64,000 nucleotides of DNA, taken from assembly GCA_965215555.1 (NCBI GenBank), contig OZ244071.1, positions 3,032,962-3,096,961 of the forward strand. Direction: 5' to 3'. The position numbers were made by a program, and so were the translations under genes. Source of the DNA: Dehalococcoidia bacterium (GTDB taxonomy: Bacteria > Chloroflexota > Dehalococcoidia > Bin125). Each line of letters opens with the position of its first letter. Within the stretch, counting starts at the first letter, position 1. Positions 20,375-29,882 of this stretch are shown here, in pieces. The notes beneath the pieces were generated by a model. The model made no database searches and was not told the DNA's origin. It was given only the letters and a program-made list of their open reading frames with translations.

Positions 20375-21724
20375 GTGGTGAATCTTCGATCGTCCTGGAC
20401 GCTGCTGATTGGCGCTGCCCTGATTGGGTTGCCGGCGTTGATCTTTCGACTCGGCGGCATTCATGCCAGCACCGAGGTTGAAGTCGCGATCTTTGGCATC
20501 GGCATTCTCTCCTCCGCCTTCCTGATCTCGACTGGGGCCGAGGCGGCTCAGCACGATATTCCAGCGGCGCTCTCCGTCGCCGTCATTGCGTTCATTGCCG
20601 TGCTGCCCGAGTACGCCGTTGACCTGCTGCTCGCCTGGGAGGCGGGCAAAGGGATTCCGGGTAAGGACGAACTGGCCCTCGCCAATATGACCGGGGCCAA
20701 CCGGTTGCTGCTCGGCGTCGGCTGGGCGACGGTGATCTTCCTGTTCGCCTGGAAGGCGGGTGGGCCTCGTCATCTCGTCACGTCGGCCGCACGCAGCTCG
20801 TGGAGAGCATTGTGTCGCCGCCCGGCAGACCCGACCGAGCCGCTGCTGCATTTGCCCGGCGGCATCGGCCTCGAAATCGGCATACTCGCCGTTGCGACGC
20901 TGTACTCCTTCCTCATCGTGGTCAAGGGCCGGATTGCGATCGAAGACACGATCATCCTGGGGTTGCTGTTCTTCTGGTACATCATCCGCTTGACGCGATC
21001 GCCGGTCGAAGAGCCGGAGCTCGAAGGTCCGGCGGCCACCATTGGTGGATTGCCGACCGGGCGCCGGCGCGCGATGGTCACGTTCCTGATCGTCTACTCG
21101 GCGCTCGTGATTGCCATGTCCGCCGAGCCATTTGTTCATGGCCTGGAGCAGATCGGCCGCGATGTCGGGATCGGCGAGTTCTTCGTCATCCAGTGGATTG
21201 CCCCGTTGGCCTCCGAGTCTCCGGAGTTCTTTGCGGCCCTCTACCTGGTCTGGCGTGGCTCAGCCGGGATGGGCGTCAACATGCTGATCTCCAGCAAGGT
21301 CAACCAATGGACCTTGCTGATCGGGTCGATCCCGGTCGCCTACATGGCCGCCGGTGGCGCGATCACCGGTCTGGAATCGAGCCCGCTGCAACGAGCAGAA
21401 GTCTTCATCACCGCGGCGCAATCGGCATTTGGCGTGATGTTGATCCTCGACAGACGGCTCACGGCTCGCGCCGGATTTGCGTTGCTCAGCCTGTTCCTGG
21501 CGCAACTGTTGACGCAGTTCTTCTTCCAGGACAACAACCTGCCGAGGATCATCTTCGGCGTGATCTATCTCGGACTGACCGCATTGCTGATCTCGCAGCA
21601 CTGGCGTAGCATCATGCCGACACTGCGCGAAGCGTTCCGCTCACCGGGCTCGGCAGCGGCCGCGTACCAAACCCATGGCAACAGCGCAGAAGCCGATCAG
21701 GCAACAGAAGGCAGGAATGAATGA
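20375..21724 (+). CDS. CaCA-family sodium/calcium (cation:H+) antiporter
   Basis: AVLPEYAVD, ANMTGANRLL, PLASESPE, SSKVNQWTLL; many TM helices. Confidence 0.9.
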   Translation: MVNLRSSWTLLIGAALIGLPALIFRLGGIHASTEVEVAIFGIGILSSAFLISTGAEAAQHDIPAALSVAVIAFIAVLPEYAVDLLLAWEAGKGIPGKDELALANMTGANRLLLGVGWATVIFLFAWKAGGPRHLVTSAARSSWRALCRRPADPTEPLLHLPGGIGLEIGILAVATLYSFLIVVKGRIAIEDTIILGLLFFWYIIRLTRSPVEEPELEGPAATIGGLPTGRRRAMVTFLIVYSALVIAMSAEPFVHGLEQIGRDVGIGEFFVIQWIAPLASESPEFFAALYLVWRGSAGMGVNMLISSKVNQWTLLIGSIPVAYMAAGGAITGLESSPLQRAEVFITAAQSAFGVMLILDRRLTARAGFALLSLFLAQLLTQFFFQDNNLPRIIFGVIYLGLTALLISQHWRSIMPTLREAFRSPGSAAAAYQTHGNSAEADQATEGRNE

Positions 21725-22431
21725 CTGACTGGAACGATCTGTCCGACCAACTCCATGGCGCACTGGGACTCGCCAACAAGCCGCTGGCGATCACGTTCCA
21801 CGACTCAACATCCGGAGTCGCTGGATTCGACAATCCGATGCCCGCGCCGGCCGATGACGGTCGCACCGGTCGCGTGCCTGCCGGCTGTGTCTTCTGGATG
21901 CACGCCGCTGATCGCACGTTCTCGACGGTGGCCGCCGACCACGCCAACTGCTCGGTTGGGTCGGTGACGCACGGATTCCTCGGCTTGGGCGACGTCCTCG
22001 AAAACGGCGACGTCAGCGCGTTGCTGGAGTCCGGCTGGGTGACGGCGGAGGCGGCAATGGGCCTTCCGGTGGTCGAGGAGAAGCCGGAGGAAGTCGTCTA
22101 CGGCCCGCTCGGCGAGTCGCCGACGGACCCCGACGTCGTGCTGGTGCGAATCACCGGGCGTCAGTTGATGGTGCTGCACGACGCCTTCCCTGGAATGCGG
22201 ATTGAAGGTAAGCCGCAGTGTCACATCATTGCGATCGCCAAGGCCGGTGAGATGGCGGCCTCGGTCGGTTGCCAGCTTTCGCGAGTCCGCACGCAGATGC
22301 CAAATGCAGAGATGACCTGCGCAATTCCGGCGACGCAGCTGAGCGATCTGCTCGAACGACTGAGCGAGACGGCAGGGGCAGACCACGCGGTCGCCCAGTA
22401 CGCCGCCGATGACATGGCGCGCTTCGCCTAG
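21721..22431 (+). CDS. DUF169 family protein
   Basis: AGCVFW, NCSVG, PDVVLV, GCQLSR..EM..AIP. Confidence 0.8.
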   Translation: MTDWNDLSDQLHGALGLANKPLAITFHDSTSGVAGFDNPMPAPADDGRTGRVPAGCVFWMHAADRTFSTVAADHANCSVGSVTHGFLGLGDVLENGDVSALLESGWVTAEAAMGLPVVEEKPEEVVYGPLGESPTDPDVVLVRITGRQLMVLHDAFPGMRIEGKPQCHIIAIAKAGEMAASVGCQLSRVRTQMPNAEMTCAIPATQLSDLLERLSETAGADHAVAQYAADDMARFA

Positions 22432-22497
22432 TCTCGCCTTGTCTCAAAGCACCTCCCCCTCTGGGGGAGGTGTCGCGAAGTGTCGGAGGAGACGGTT

Positions 22498-22956
22498 ATG
22501 CCTGGATTGTGGTTCGAGGAGCTTGAACCGGGGCTGGTGATCAAACATGAGCCCTCCAGGACCGTGACCGAGACAGACAACCTGCTGTTCACGGCGCTCA
22601 CCCACAACGCGCAGCCGTTGCATCTCGATGCCGAGTTCTCGGCCGGCACTCAGCACGGGCAACGGATCGTGAACAGCATTTTCACGATGGGGCTCGCCGT
22701 GGGCCTGAGCGTCGCCGACACGACGCTCGGCACCACGCTGGGCAATCTCGGCTTCGACGAGACGACCTTCCCAAATCCGGTGTTTATCGGAGACACGATC
22801 ACGTGCGAGACGGAAGTGATCGAACGTCGGGAGTCGCGAAGCCGTCCCGACCGAGGCGTGGTGACGTTTGAGCATCGGGGAATCAATCAGCGGGGTGAGC
22901 TGGTTGTCAAATGTCGTCGAGCCGGCATGATGCTCAAGAGGCCACCGGCTGGATAG
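22498..22956 (+). CDS. MaoC-family dehydratase
   Basis: RTVTETDNLLF, PLHLD, PVFIGDT. Confidence 0.9.
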   Translation: MPGLWFEELEPGLVIKHEPSRTVTETDNLLFTALTHNAQPLHLDAEFSAGTQHGQRIVNSIFTMGLAVGLSVADTTLGTTLGNLGFDETTFPNPVFIGDTITCETEVIERRESRSRPDRGVVTFEHRGINQRGELVVKCRRAGMMLKRPPAG

Positions 22957-23235
22957 TCAGGCGCCGCGCAGGATTATTGCAAGCGCCAGCCCGACAATCG
23001 CGGCGAATGTCGATCCCCACATGACCATGATCCATCGCAGATGCGAGTTGAACATGGCCTGCATCTCCGCGAGTGTTCCGATGCGCAAGGTTTCGAGGTC
23101 TTTCTGGGTCGCGAGTTCGCTCGTTGATCTGCTGATGCCTTCGTCAATCACATCAGCCAACTCTGCGGTCGCTTCGGAGGGAGCGTCCATCTCGCGGACC
23201 ATGATGTTGTGGAATCTCATCTTGTCGAGTGCCAT
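22957..23235 (-). CDS. DUF1640/CCDC90-like small coiled-coil protein with C-terminal TM
   Basis: ELATQKDL motif and hydrophobic tail. Confidence 0.7.
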   Translation of the reverse strand: MALDKMRFHNIMVREMDAPSEATAELADVIDEGISRSTSELATQKDLETLRIGTLAEMQAMFNSHLRWIMVMWGSTFAAIVGLALAIILRGA

Positions 23236-23257
23236 AACTGCATGATATCACAGAGAA

Positions 23258-23271
23258 CGAACAACCGTTCT
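23258..23271. promoter_or_regulatory. Putative LexA (Cheo-type) box
   Basis: CGAAC-AACC-GTTCT, inside inverted repeat AGAGAACG-N6-CGTTCTCT. Confidence 0.5.
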
Positions 23272-23342
23272 CTATAGCGAACTGCTGCTGTTCTCTTTCG
23301 CGTTGAAGCAAAGGCTCGGCTGGGTGATACGATGAGCCGCGT

Positions 23343-23419
23343 CGGAGCGTGGCGCAGTTTGGTAGCGCACTTGACTGGGGGTCAAGAGGTCGCCGGTTCA
23401 AATCCGGCCGCTCCGACCA
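23343..23419 (+). tRNA. tRNA-Pro (GGG)
   Basis: CGGAGCG acceptor stem, anticodon arm CTTGA-CTGGGGG-TCAAG, GGTTCAAATCC, encoded CCA. Confidence 0.97.
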
Positions 23420-23478
23420 TTCCACTACCCTGCGTTTGCGACCGAGCGCAACATTGCGTTGCTTGCCGCAGGTGACCT

Positions 23479-24036
23479 ATGCGACTCTCCCGTCCCCGAA
23501 TCGACCCGGTCCTGGATGAGCACGCAACCGACGAGCAGCGCGAGATCCTCGCCGCCGCCGGACGCGGGCGCTCCCCGCTGAACGTCCAACGGACCATTGC
23601 ACAGTATCCAGAGTTGGCTCGGGCACGTCAGTCGTTCACCCAACACGTCATGCGCGACACCTCGTTGCCAGCGCGCGAGCGCGAGTTGCTGATCCTGCGC
23701 ACAGGCTGGAACTGTCAGTCGGAGTACGAATTCGGTCAACATTCCCGTTTCGGCAAATCAGTTGGACTCACCGATGAAGAGATCCGCAGAGTGACGATCG
23801 GTCCCGATGCCGACGGCTGGGACGATTTCGACGCGACGCTCCTGCGGGCAGCGGACGAGTTGCACCATGATGCGTTCATCAGCGACTCCACATGGCAGGC
23901 ACTCGCGGAGCGCTACACCACCAGGCAACTGATGGATGTCGTCTTCGCGGTCGGTCAGTATCACATCGTGTCGATGGCGTTGAACAGCTTTGGCGTTCAG
24001 TTTGAACCAGAAACCAGGGAACGCTTCCCCAAGTAA
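23479..24036 (+). CDS. Carboxymuconolactone decarboxylase/AhpD-like protein
   Basis: RERELLILRTGW.C.SEYEF.QH, LLRAADELH. Confidence 0.88.
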   Translation: MRLSRPRIDPVLDEHATDEQREILAAAGRGRSPLNVQRTIAQYPELARARQSFTQHVMRDTSLPARERELLILRTGWNCQSEYEFGQHSRFGKSVGLTDEEIRRVTIGPDADGWDDFDATLLRAADELHHDAFISDSTWQALAERYTTRQLMDVVFAVGQYHIVSMALNSFGVQFEPETRERFPK

Positions 24037-24057
24037 CCAGACATTGGAGTGTGAATC

Positions 24058-24783
24058 ATGACAACAGCAGCAACTCCGGCGACAGTGGTATTGGTGCACG
24101 GTGCCTGGCACGGCCCGTGGTGCTTTGACAAGGTCGTTGAAGGTCTTGAAGCACGGGGCGTACCGGTGGTCGCCGTTGAGCGACGCCGCATGCATGAGCC
24201 AAGCGGGACGCTGCGCGGCGTCACAGACTCGGCCGAGAACGAAGCGATCGTGCGTGCTGCGCTGGACGAAATCGAGGGGCCGGCGGTCCTGCTGGGTCAC
24301 TCGTTCGGAGGCGTGCCGATCACGACGGCGCCACTGGGCAATGACAACGTCAAGCACCTGGTCTACCTGACAGCGATGATGCCCAACACCGACGGTTCGA
24401 TGCCAGACAACTTCGTCAACCCCGAACTGGCGACGGCCGTGCTCGCCGGCGAAGATGGATCAACGACCGTCCAGGCAGACAAGATCCGCTACGCCTTCTA
24501 TCACCAGTGCTCGGACGAGGACTACGAACACGCGTTGACTCAGTTAGTCCGCGACGACGGGGCCGTGCCCTTCGACGCGCCGCGAGACACCGCCTGGAAC
24601 AAGATCACAACGACATACGTCGTGTGTACCCAGGATCAGGCATTGCTTGCCGAGGGTCAGCGAGCCCTCGCCCGTCGAGCAGATCGGGTCGTCGAGTGGG
24701 CAACAGACCACTCGCCATTTCTTTCTGCGCCGCATCTGATGGTCGATCTGCTTGATGGTCTCGCGAGAGAATACGCCGAATGA
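24058..24783 (+). CDS. Alpha/beta hydrolase
   Basis: VLVHGAWHG, GHSFGG, DHSPF. Confidence 0.92.
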   Translation: MTTAATPATVVLVHGAWHGPWCFDKVVEGLEARGVPVVAVERRRMHEPSGTLRGVTDSAENEAIVRAALDEIEGPAVLLGHSFGGVPITTAPLGNDNVKHLVYLTAMMPNTDGSMPDNFVNPELATAVLAGEDGSTTVQADKIRYAFYHQCSDEDYEHALTQLVRDDGAVPFDAPRDTAWNKITTTYVVCTQDQALLAEGQRALARRADRVVEWATDHSPFLSAPHLMVDLLDGLAREYAE

Positions 24784-24811
24784 GCGAACCTGTTGGTTGC
24801 GCCACTCCTCG

Positions 24812-25426
24812 ATGACCGCACGCCCGCAGCGACATTCGTTGCGTCACGCCCAATATGACTACTCCCAGTCAGGTCCGTACTTCATCACAATCGTCACTGA
24901 GCATCGGCTCTCGCTGCTTGGAGAAATAGTCGATGGGGAAGTGCAGCTGACCGCGGCAGGTGAGATGGTCCGTCAGCACTGGTTTGCGCTTCCCGAACGA
25001 GTTCCTGGAGTCGCCCTCGACGAGTTCATTGTCATGCCCAACCATGTCCACGCTGTGTTGTCTATCACCGATGAAAGCGATCCGGTAGGGGCGCCCCTTG
25101 TGGGCGCCCGTCCCCTCTCAGATCGCGATAACAGAACGAGCAAGATCACGTTGGGAACTGTGGTCGGTGCGTTCAAGTCGCTCACGACGGTCGCATATGC
25201 CAAGGGCGTCAGAGAATATCGCTGGAGGCCGTTCAACAAGCGGCTATGGCAACGCAACTACTTTGAGCATGTTGTCAGAGACGAGCGGTCCCTCGACTTG
25301 ATTCGCAGCTACATTCAAGCAAATCCGTCAATGTGGGGAAATGATCCTGAGAATCTTGGGACCGGCGACGGCCTCAAGCCCGGGCGACCACAAGGGTCGC
25401 CCCTACGGGAGCCGTGGATGGTCTAG
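24812..25426 (+). mobile_element. REP-associated tyrosine transposase (RAYT, Y1 HUH)
   Basis: YDYS..G.YFITI, MPNHVH, WQRNYFEHVVR, YIQANP; REPs within and downstream. Confidence 0.92.
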
Positions 25427-25538
25427 GTACGCAAATCCGTCAATGTGGGGAAATGATCCTGAAAATCTTGGGACCGGCGACGGCCTGAAGCCCGGGCGAC
25501 CACGAGGGTCGCCCCTACGGGAGCGTTGGATGGTCTAG
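25319..25538 (+). repeat. Tandem duplication (2 x 108 bp, 4-bp spacer) of the RAYT 3' end including a REP
   Basis: 25319-25426 and 25431-25538 differ by only a few substitutions. Confidence 0.92.
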
Positions 25539-25570
25539 CCAATCGTTTTGTCCTCCGGAGCGGCTCTCGA

Positions 25571-27859
25571 CTATTCGTCCAATAGACGATCCAGGAGCTT
25601 GGTTGGGCTGGCGGGGAGGGACTCCATTCGGATGCCGGTGGCGTCGTAGATGGCATTGGCGATTGCGGCTAGTGGCGGGACGATTGGCACTTCGCCGACG
25701 CCTCGCACTCCGTAGGGATGACTTGGGTTGGGTACCTCGACCAAGATGGTCTCGATTTCGGGCAGGTCGAGCGCGGTCGGCATTCGGTAGTCGAGCAGGC
25801 TGGCGTTGGTCATTCGACCGTCGGCAGAGTAGACGTACTCCTCGGTCAGCGCCATGCCGGCGCCCTGGGCGACACCGCCCTGGACCTGTCCTTCGACGTA
25901 CGACGGATGGATGGCGGTGCCCACATCCTGGACAGCCGAGTAGCGCAGCACGTCGACCTTACCGGTGTCCTGGTCGACGGCTACATCGACGATGTGGCAG
26001 CCGTAGGCCGGGCCGGGCTTGGTCGGCAGCACGTCGGCCTGACCCTGGATCTGACCGCCGGTTGACGGCATCTGCGCGCAGAGCTCCTTGAACGTGAACT
26101 GCTTGCCCTCGGGTCCGCTGATCACGCCGTTCTCGTAGGACACGGAATCAGCATCGACGTCCCAGATCATCGCAGCGCGCGCTTCCATCTGCTGACGAGC
26201 GTCTAGCGCGGCTTCGTGGACCGCAATGCCGGTTGCGTACGAGACGCGGGAACCGCCGGTGACGTGAGTGAACCCGATCGAGTCGGTGTCGACGACCTGC
26301 GGTCGGACCAGGTCGAAGTCAATGCCCATCGTCTCGGCAAACTGCATCGCCAGACCAGCACGCTGTCCACCGATGTCGACTGAGCCGACGGACAGGTTGA
26401 CGGTGCCGTCCTGATTGATGGCGGCGTACGCGGCCGACTCCATGCCGGCGTTGGTCCAGAATCCCATCGAGACGCCTCGACCGAGCAGACGGCCGTCTTC
26501 GTCGATGCCGATCTCGGAGCGGTAGTGCGGCGAGTCGATCGCCGCCTGCATCGTCTCCTCTGCGCCGATCTTGGGCATCACGACACCGTCCGCGCGGCGT
26601 GTCCCCTCGTGGGCCGAGTTCTGCGCTCGCAGCTCCATCGGATCGCGTTCGAGACGCTCAGCCAGTTGGTCAATCAACGACTCGACCGCGAACGTGCCCT
26701 GCGGCGAACCAGGCGCTCGGTAGGCCTGACACTTCGGCTTGTTGGTGACCACGTCGAGCGCGTTCACATACATGTGCTCGATGTCATACGACGAGAACAT
26801 GCAGGTCGCGCCGGCGGCCACGGGTGAACCCGGGAACGCTCCAGCTTCATAGGCGAGCGTGGCTTCGACTGCCACGATCGTGCCGTCATGCTTGGCCCCG
26901 ATCCGGCAGCGGACATAGGTCGCTGAGGTCGGGCCAGTGCCGATCAATACCTCTTCGCGGTTCATGTACATCTTGACCGGGCGGCCGGTGATTTTGGACA
27001 TGACTGCAGCGGTTGGCTCCATGTACGCAGGCAACTTCCCGCCGAATCCGCCACCGATCTCCATTGGGATGACCTTGACTCGAGCCAGCGGGATATCGAG
27101 CATTTTGGCCACCGTCGCGCGGACGGCGAAGGGTCCCTGGGTCGAAACCCAGACGGTCAGCGTGCCATCCGAGTTCCAGTGGGCGGTGCCGTTCTGCGGC
27201 TCGATGTAGCCCTGGTGAGCTGCGGCCGTCTCGAACTCGCCTTCGATGACGATGTCGGCCTCCTCGAATCCCTTGGCCGGGTCGCCCTTCTCAAACTCCA
27301 GTTGTGAGGCGATGTTGGAATCGCGCTCGCCGCGACCCTCACCCGGCACGAACCGGGCGACCATTTCTACGGTTTTCATACCGTCGTGCAGGATTGGCGC
27401 GCCTTCGGCCATCGCGTCATGTACCGACAGCACCGGCGGCAGCACCTCATACTGGACATCGATCAAGGACAGCGCGTCCTCGGCGATGTGCATGTCTGTC
27501 GCGCAGACGGCGGCGACGGCGTGGCCCTGGTACAGCGCTTTGTCCGAAGCGAGCACGTTCTGCAGCACCCACTTGTAGGGCGAGACCGACTCGCCGAAGT
27601 CGACGTACTCGTCATCGGCTCCGGGCAGATTGTCGTGCGTGACGACACACTTGACGCCGTCGAGCGCCTCCGCGCGTGACGTGTCGATGCTGAGGATGCG
27701 GGCGTGGGCATGCGGCGAGCGCAGCAGGCGGCCGTGAAGCATGCCGGGCAGATCAATGTCGGCGCCGTAGCGGGCACGACCGGTGACTTTGTCGACGCCG
27801 TCGGGTCGGATCGGTCGTGTTCCGACGACGTTGTAAGCGGGTTTGGTCTCAGTGGTCAT
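25571..27859 (-). CDS. Xanthine dehydrogenase-family molybdopterin-binding large subunit
   Basis: DKVTGRARY, GGGFGGK, AYRAPG, EGQVQGG, GVGE. Confidence 0.93.
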   Translation of the reverse strand: MTTETKPAYNVVGTRPIRPDGVDKVTGRARYGADIDLPGMLHGRLLRSPHAHARILSIDTSRAEALDGVKCVVTHDNLPGADDEYVDFGESVSPYKWVLQNVLASDKALYQGHAVAAVCATDMHIAEDALSLIDVQYEVLPPVLSVHDAMAEGAPILHDGMKTVEMVARFVPGEGRGERDSNIASQLEFEKGDPAKGFEEADIVIEGEFETAAAHQGYIEPQNGTAHWNSDGTLTVWVSTQGPFAVRATVAKMLDIPLARVKVIPMEIGGGFGGKLPAYMEPTAAVMSKITGRPVKMYMNREEVLIGTGPTSATYVRCRIGAKHDGTIVAVEATLAYEAGAFPGSPVAAGATCMFSSYDIEHMYVNALDVVTNKPKCQAYRAPGSPQGTFAVESLIDQLAERLERDPMELRAQNSAHEGTRRADGVVMPKIGAEETMQAAIDSPHYRSEIGIDEDGRLLGRGVSMGFWTNAGMESAAYAAINQDGTVNLSVGSVDIGGQRAGLAMQFAETMGIDFDLVRPQVVDTDSIGFTHVTGGSRVSYATGIAVHEAALDARQQMEARAAMIWDVDADSVSYENGVISGPEGKQFTFKELCAQMPSTGGQIQGQADVLPTKPGPAYGCHIVDVAVDQDTGKVDVLRYSAVQDVGTAIHPSYVEGQVQGGVAQGAGMALTEEYVYSADGRMTNASLLDYRMPTALDLPEIETILVEVPNPSHPYGVRGVGEVPIVPPLAAIANAIYDATGIRMESLPASPTKLLDRLLDE

Positions 27860-28036
27860 CGGTGGCTCCTCGCTGTGCTGACTGGCTATCTGTCACAGGA
27901 TATTCGGTCCGACCCTGACAAGACATCGCTGATTGTTCCGCCGGATCCTTCGCACAGCCTGACTGGACAGGAGTGCTGAGTCCAGCGAGAAATCCGCGGC
28001 AAGCAGGGGTATGACAGGGCTCTCGAGCCTGGACGT

Positions 28037-29116
28037 TCAGCCGTCCAGATCAATCAGGGTGCTAGCGAGCCATTGGCCGCTGCTTCTGACCGGGAAGAAC
28101 CTGCTGCGCGGCAGGAAGCGCTCCCCGTCCGTTGGCACAAATGAGAACTCGATGCGTCCGTCCTCGAGCAGGCGGGCGCTGATCTTGCCGATCGATTGAC
28201 CGTCGATTTCGACGGGCGTGGAGTTGAGCCATCGGCCAACTGGAGCCGAAGCGGGGAGGAAGCGCCCTCGTGGCAGCACGATGGAACCACCTTCAACCCG
28301 ATAACCAAACTCGGTCCGGCCTCGCTCAACACGCCGCGCGACGATCCGCCCGGCAGGGAATGGATCGCCAGGCTCATCGATCGCAGCAGATTCGTCGGGA
28401 GTCGGTGGTGCCGGCGACTCCGATGTCGCCGATGGCTCCGACGTCGATGGAGTCGATGAAGACTGCGGCGTTGGTGTCGTCTGGGTCGGTGTTGATGCCG
28501 TGCATGACGCAGCTAGCGCCGAGCTAATGGCATTTGCCTCTGCTTGGTCGGTACTCAGGCCGTACGTTGATTTCACCCTGACAGTGACGGTCGCGATATG
28601 GCGTCGCTGATTGCAGGTGCCGCCGCTCCATTCGGCGAGGTCATGATCGGATTTGCTGATGTTGACTGAGGCATTGAGGCACCACAGGTTTGTCAGGTCA
28701 TTGGCGAACTGTCGTTTGCGGGCATTGGTCCAGTTGGCCGCTCCGGAGTCGTAGGCCTCCTTCAGCGCGACGATGTGGTCGACGTGCTCTGTGGAATCAC
28801 ACATCAACGTCGCCCGGGCCGAGGACGAGTTGAAGCTCCAGTTGTCGCGGTCGTACCTGCCGCCGCTAGCGGAGGATGTCGACGAGGAAGAAGAAGGTGG
28901 GCCACCTGGCGGCGCAAGCAGCGTCTCGCAGCCGACACCGTCGCTATCGCCGTCATGGGTGCCGTCGTAGACGCGGTACTCATGGTGGGTTCTGCATGTT
29001 CCGTGACCCGAGGTCAGGTCGGTGGCTAACCAGATCCCCAATCCAGCGACCGCCAGGGTAATCGCTGAGACCAGCAGTCTGCTGAAATCGATCCCAAGCG
29101 TCCGCGACTTGCGCAT
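28037..29116 (-). CDS. Secreted HNH nuclease (Excalibur-like + DUF1524-like) with repeated C-terminal domain
   Basis: DGDSDGVGCE, DHIVALKEAYDSGA...FAND..NL...N.SKSD; two copies of G.I.AR....GR.EF...LPR.RF.P. Confidence 0.8.
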   Translation of the reverse strand: MRKSRTLGIDFSRLLVSAITLAVAGLGIWLATDLTSGHGTCRTHHEYRVYDGTHDGDSDGVGCETLLAPPGGPPSSSSSTSSASGGRYDRDNWSFNSSSARATLMCDSTEHVDHIVALKEAYDSGAANWTNARKRQFANDLTNLWCLNASVNISKSDHDLAEWSGGTCNQRRHIATVTVRVKSTYGLSTDQAEANAISSALAASCTASTPTQTTPTPQSSSTPSTSEPSATSESPAPPTPDESAAIDEPGDPFPAGRIVARRVERGRTEFGYRVEGGSIVLPRGRFLPASAPVGRWLNSTPVEIDGQSIGKISARLLEDGRIEFSFVPTDGERFLPRSRFFPVRSSGQWLASTLIDLDG

Positions 29117-29308
29117 GTCGTTCTCCATAGGAAACGGGAAGTGTTCGCAATAGAGAATGCGAACTTCCGTATCTTGAAGAGAGCGAGGTTTGCAGTCAAG
29201 TACGAGTGGTGTTTGCCATAGCAAACGCAATGGAAGGTAGGGCGGATATCCCTGCAGACAGGCATCTTCCGCCAGTGCCCATCATCCAAGTTCGGGTGGG
29301 GCAGAAAC

Positions 29309-29587
29309 GTGGCGATCATGAGCGGGCGGCGAGTACGGGACGCCTTCGTCAAGGCGAAGGTGACGGATGCGGCGGTCGGCCTTGAACTGGCTACGTCATT
29401 GGAAGAGGAACTGAGCGAGTCGGTCGTCTCGAAGGAGCGACTGGCGACGCTTGAGGATCAAATTGATGCCCGCTTTGCTCAATCGGAGGCGAGCGCCGAA
29501 CGACGAGCGAATCGGCACACGATGACATTTCTCGCCGCGTTGGCGCTCGCGGTGGGCGTGATCGCCTTGTTGATGGTCGTGATCTAG
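29309..29587 (+). CDS. DUF1640-like small coiled-coil protein with C-terminal TM
   Basis: VSKERL...IDARFAQ, hydrophobic tail; same layout as 22957-23235. Confidence 0.65.
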   Translation: MAIMSGRRVRDAFVKAKVTDAAVGLELATSLEEELSESVVSKERLATLEDQIDARFAQSEASAERRANRHTMTFLAALALAVGVIALLMVVI

Positions 29588-29859
29588 CTGCCGCCGGCCA
29601 TGGCGGGGAGGATGTGAACCTCAGCGTCTGGTGGGACCTTGGCCAGTAGACCGAGGGGCTGGTCGACGCTGTTCACGGCGACGGTCAGGCCGCGCCGGAG
29701 GCGATCTTGCTCGATGAGCGATTCATAGAATCCGGGATAGTGGCGTTCGAGGTCGGCGACGACCTCTCGGACCGTGCGGCCTGTCACGCGCACGGTCCGC
29801 TGGCCGCCGGTGAGCGGTCTCATGCCGATTGGGACGAAGACGGTGACATCGGCTGTCAT
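29584..29859 (-). CDS. MoaD/ThiS sulfur carrier
   Basis: Ubiquitin-like, ends ILPAMAGGS. Confidence 0.88.
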   Translation of the reverse strand: MTADVTVFVPIGMRPLTGGQRTVRVTGRTVREVVADLERHYPGFYESLIEQDRLRRGLTVAVNSVDQPLGLLAKVPPDAEVHILPAMAGGS

Positions 29860-29882
29860 GGCGTCTCCGCGGTTGTCGGAAC

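Noticed and set aside
23343-23419. tRNA-Pro as an island attachment site
   Set aside because: No integrase and no convincing 3' duplication; the short match near 55706 lies inside a CDS.
25571-27859. CO dehydrogenase CoxL
   Set aside because: The active-site loop is AYRAPG, not AYxCSFR or AYRGAGR, and no coxM/coxS is adjacent.
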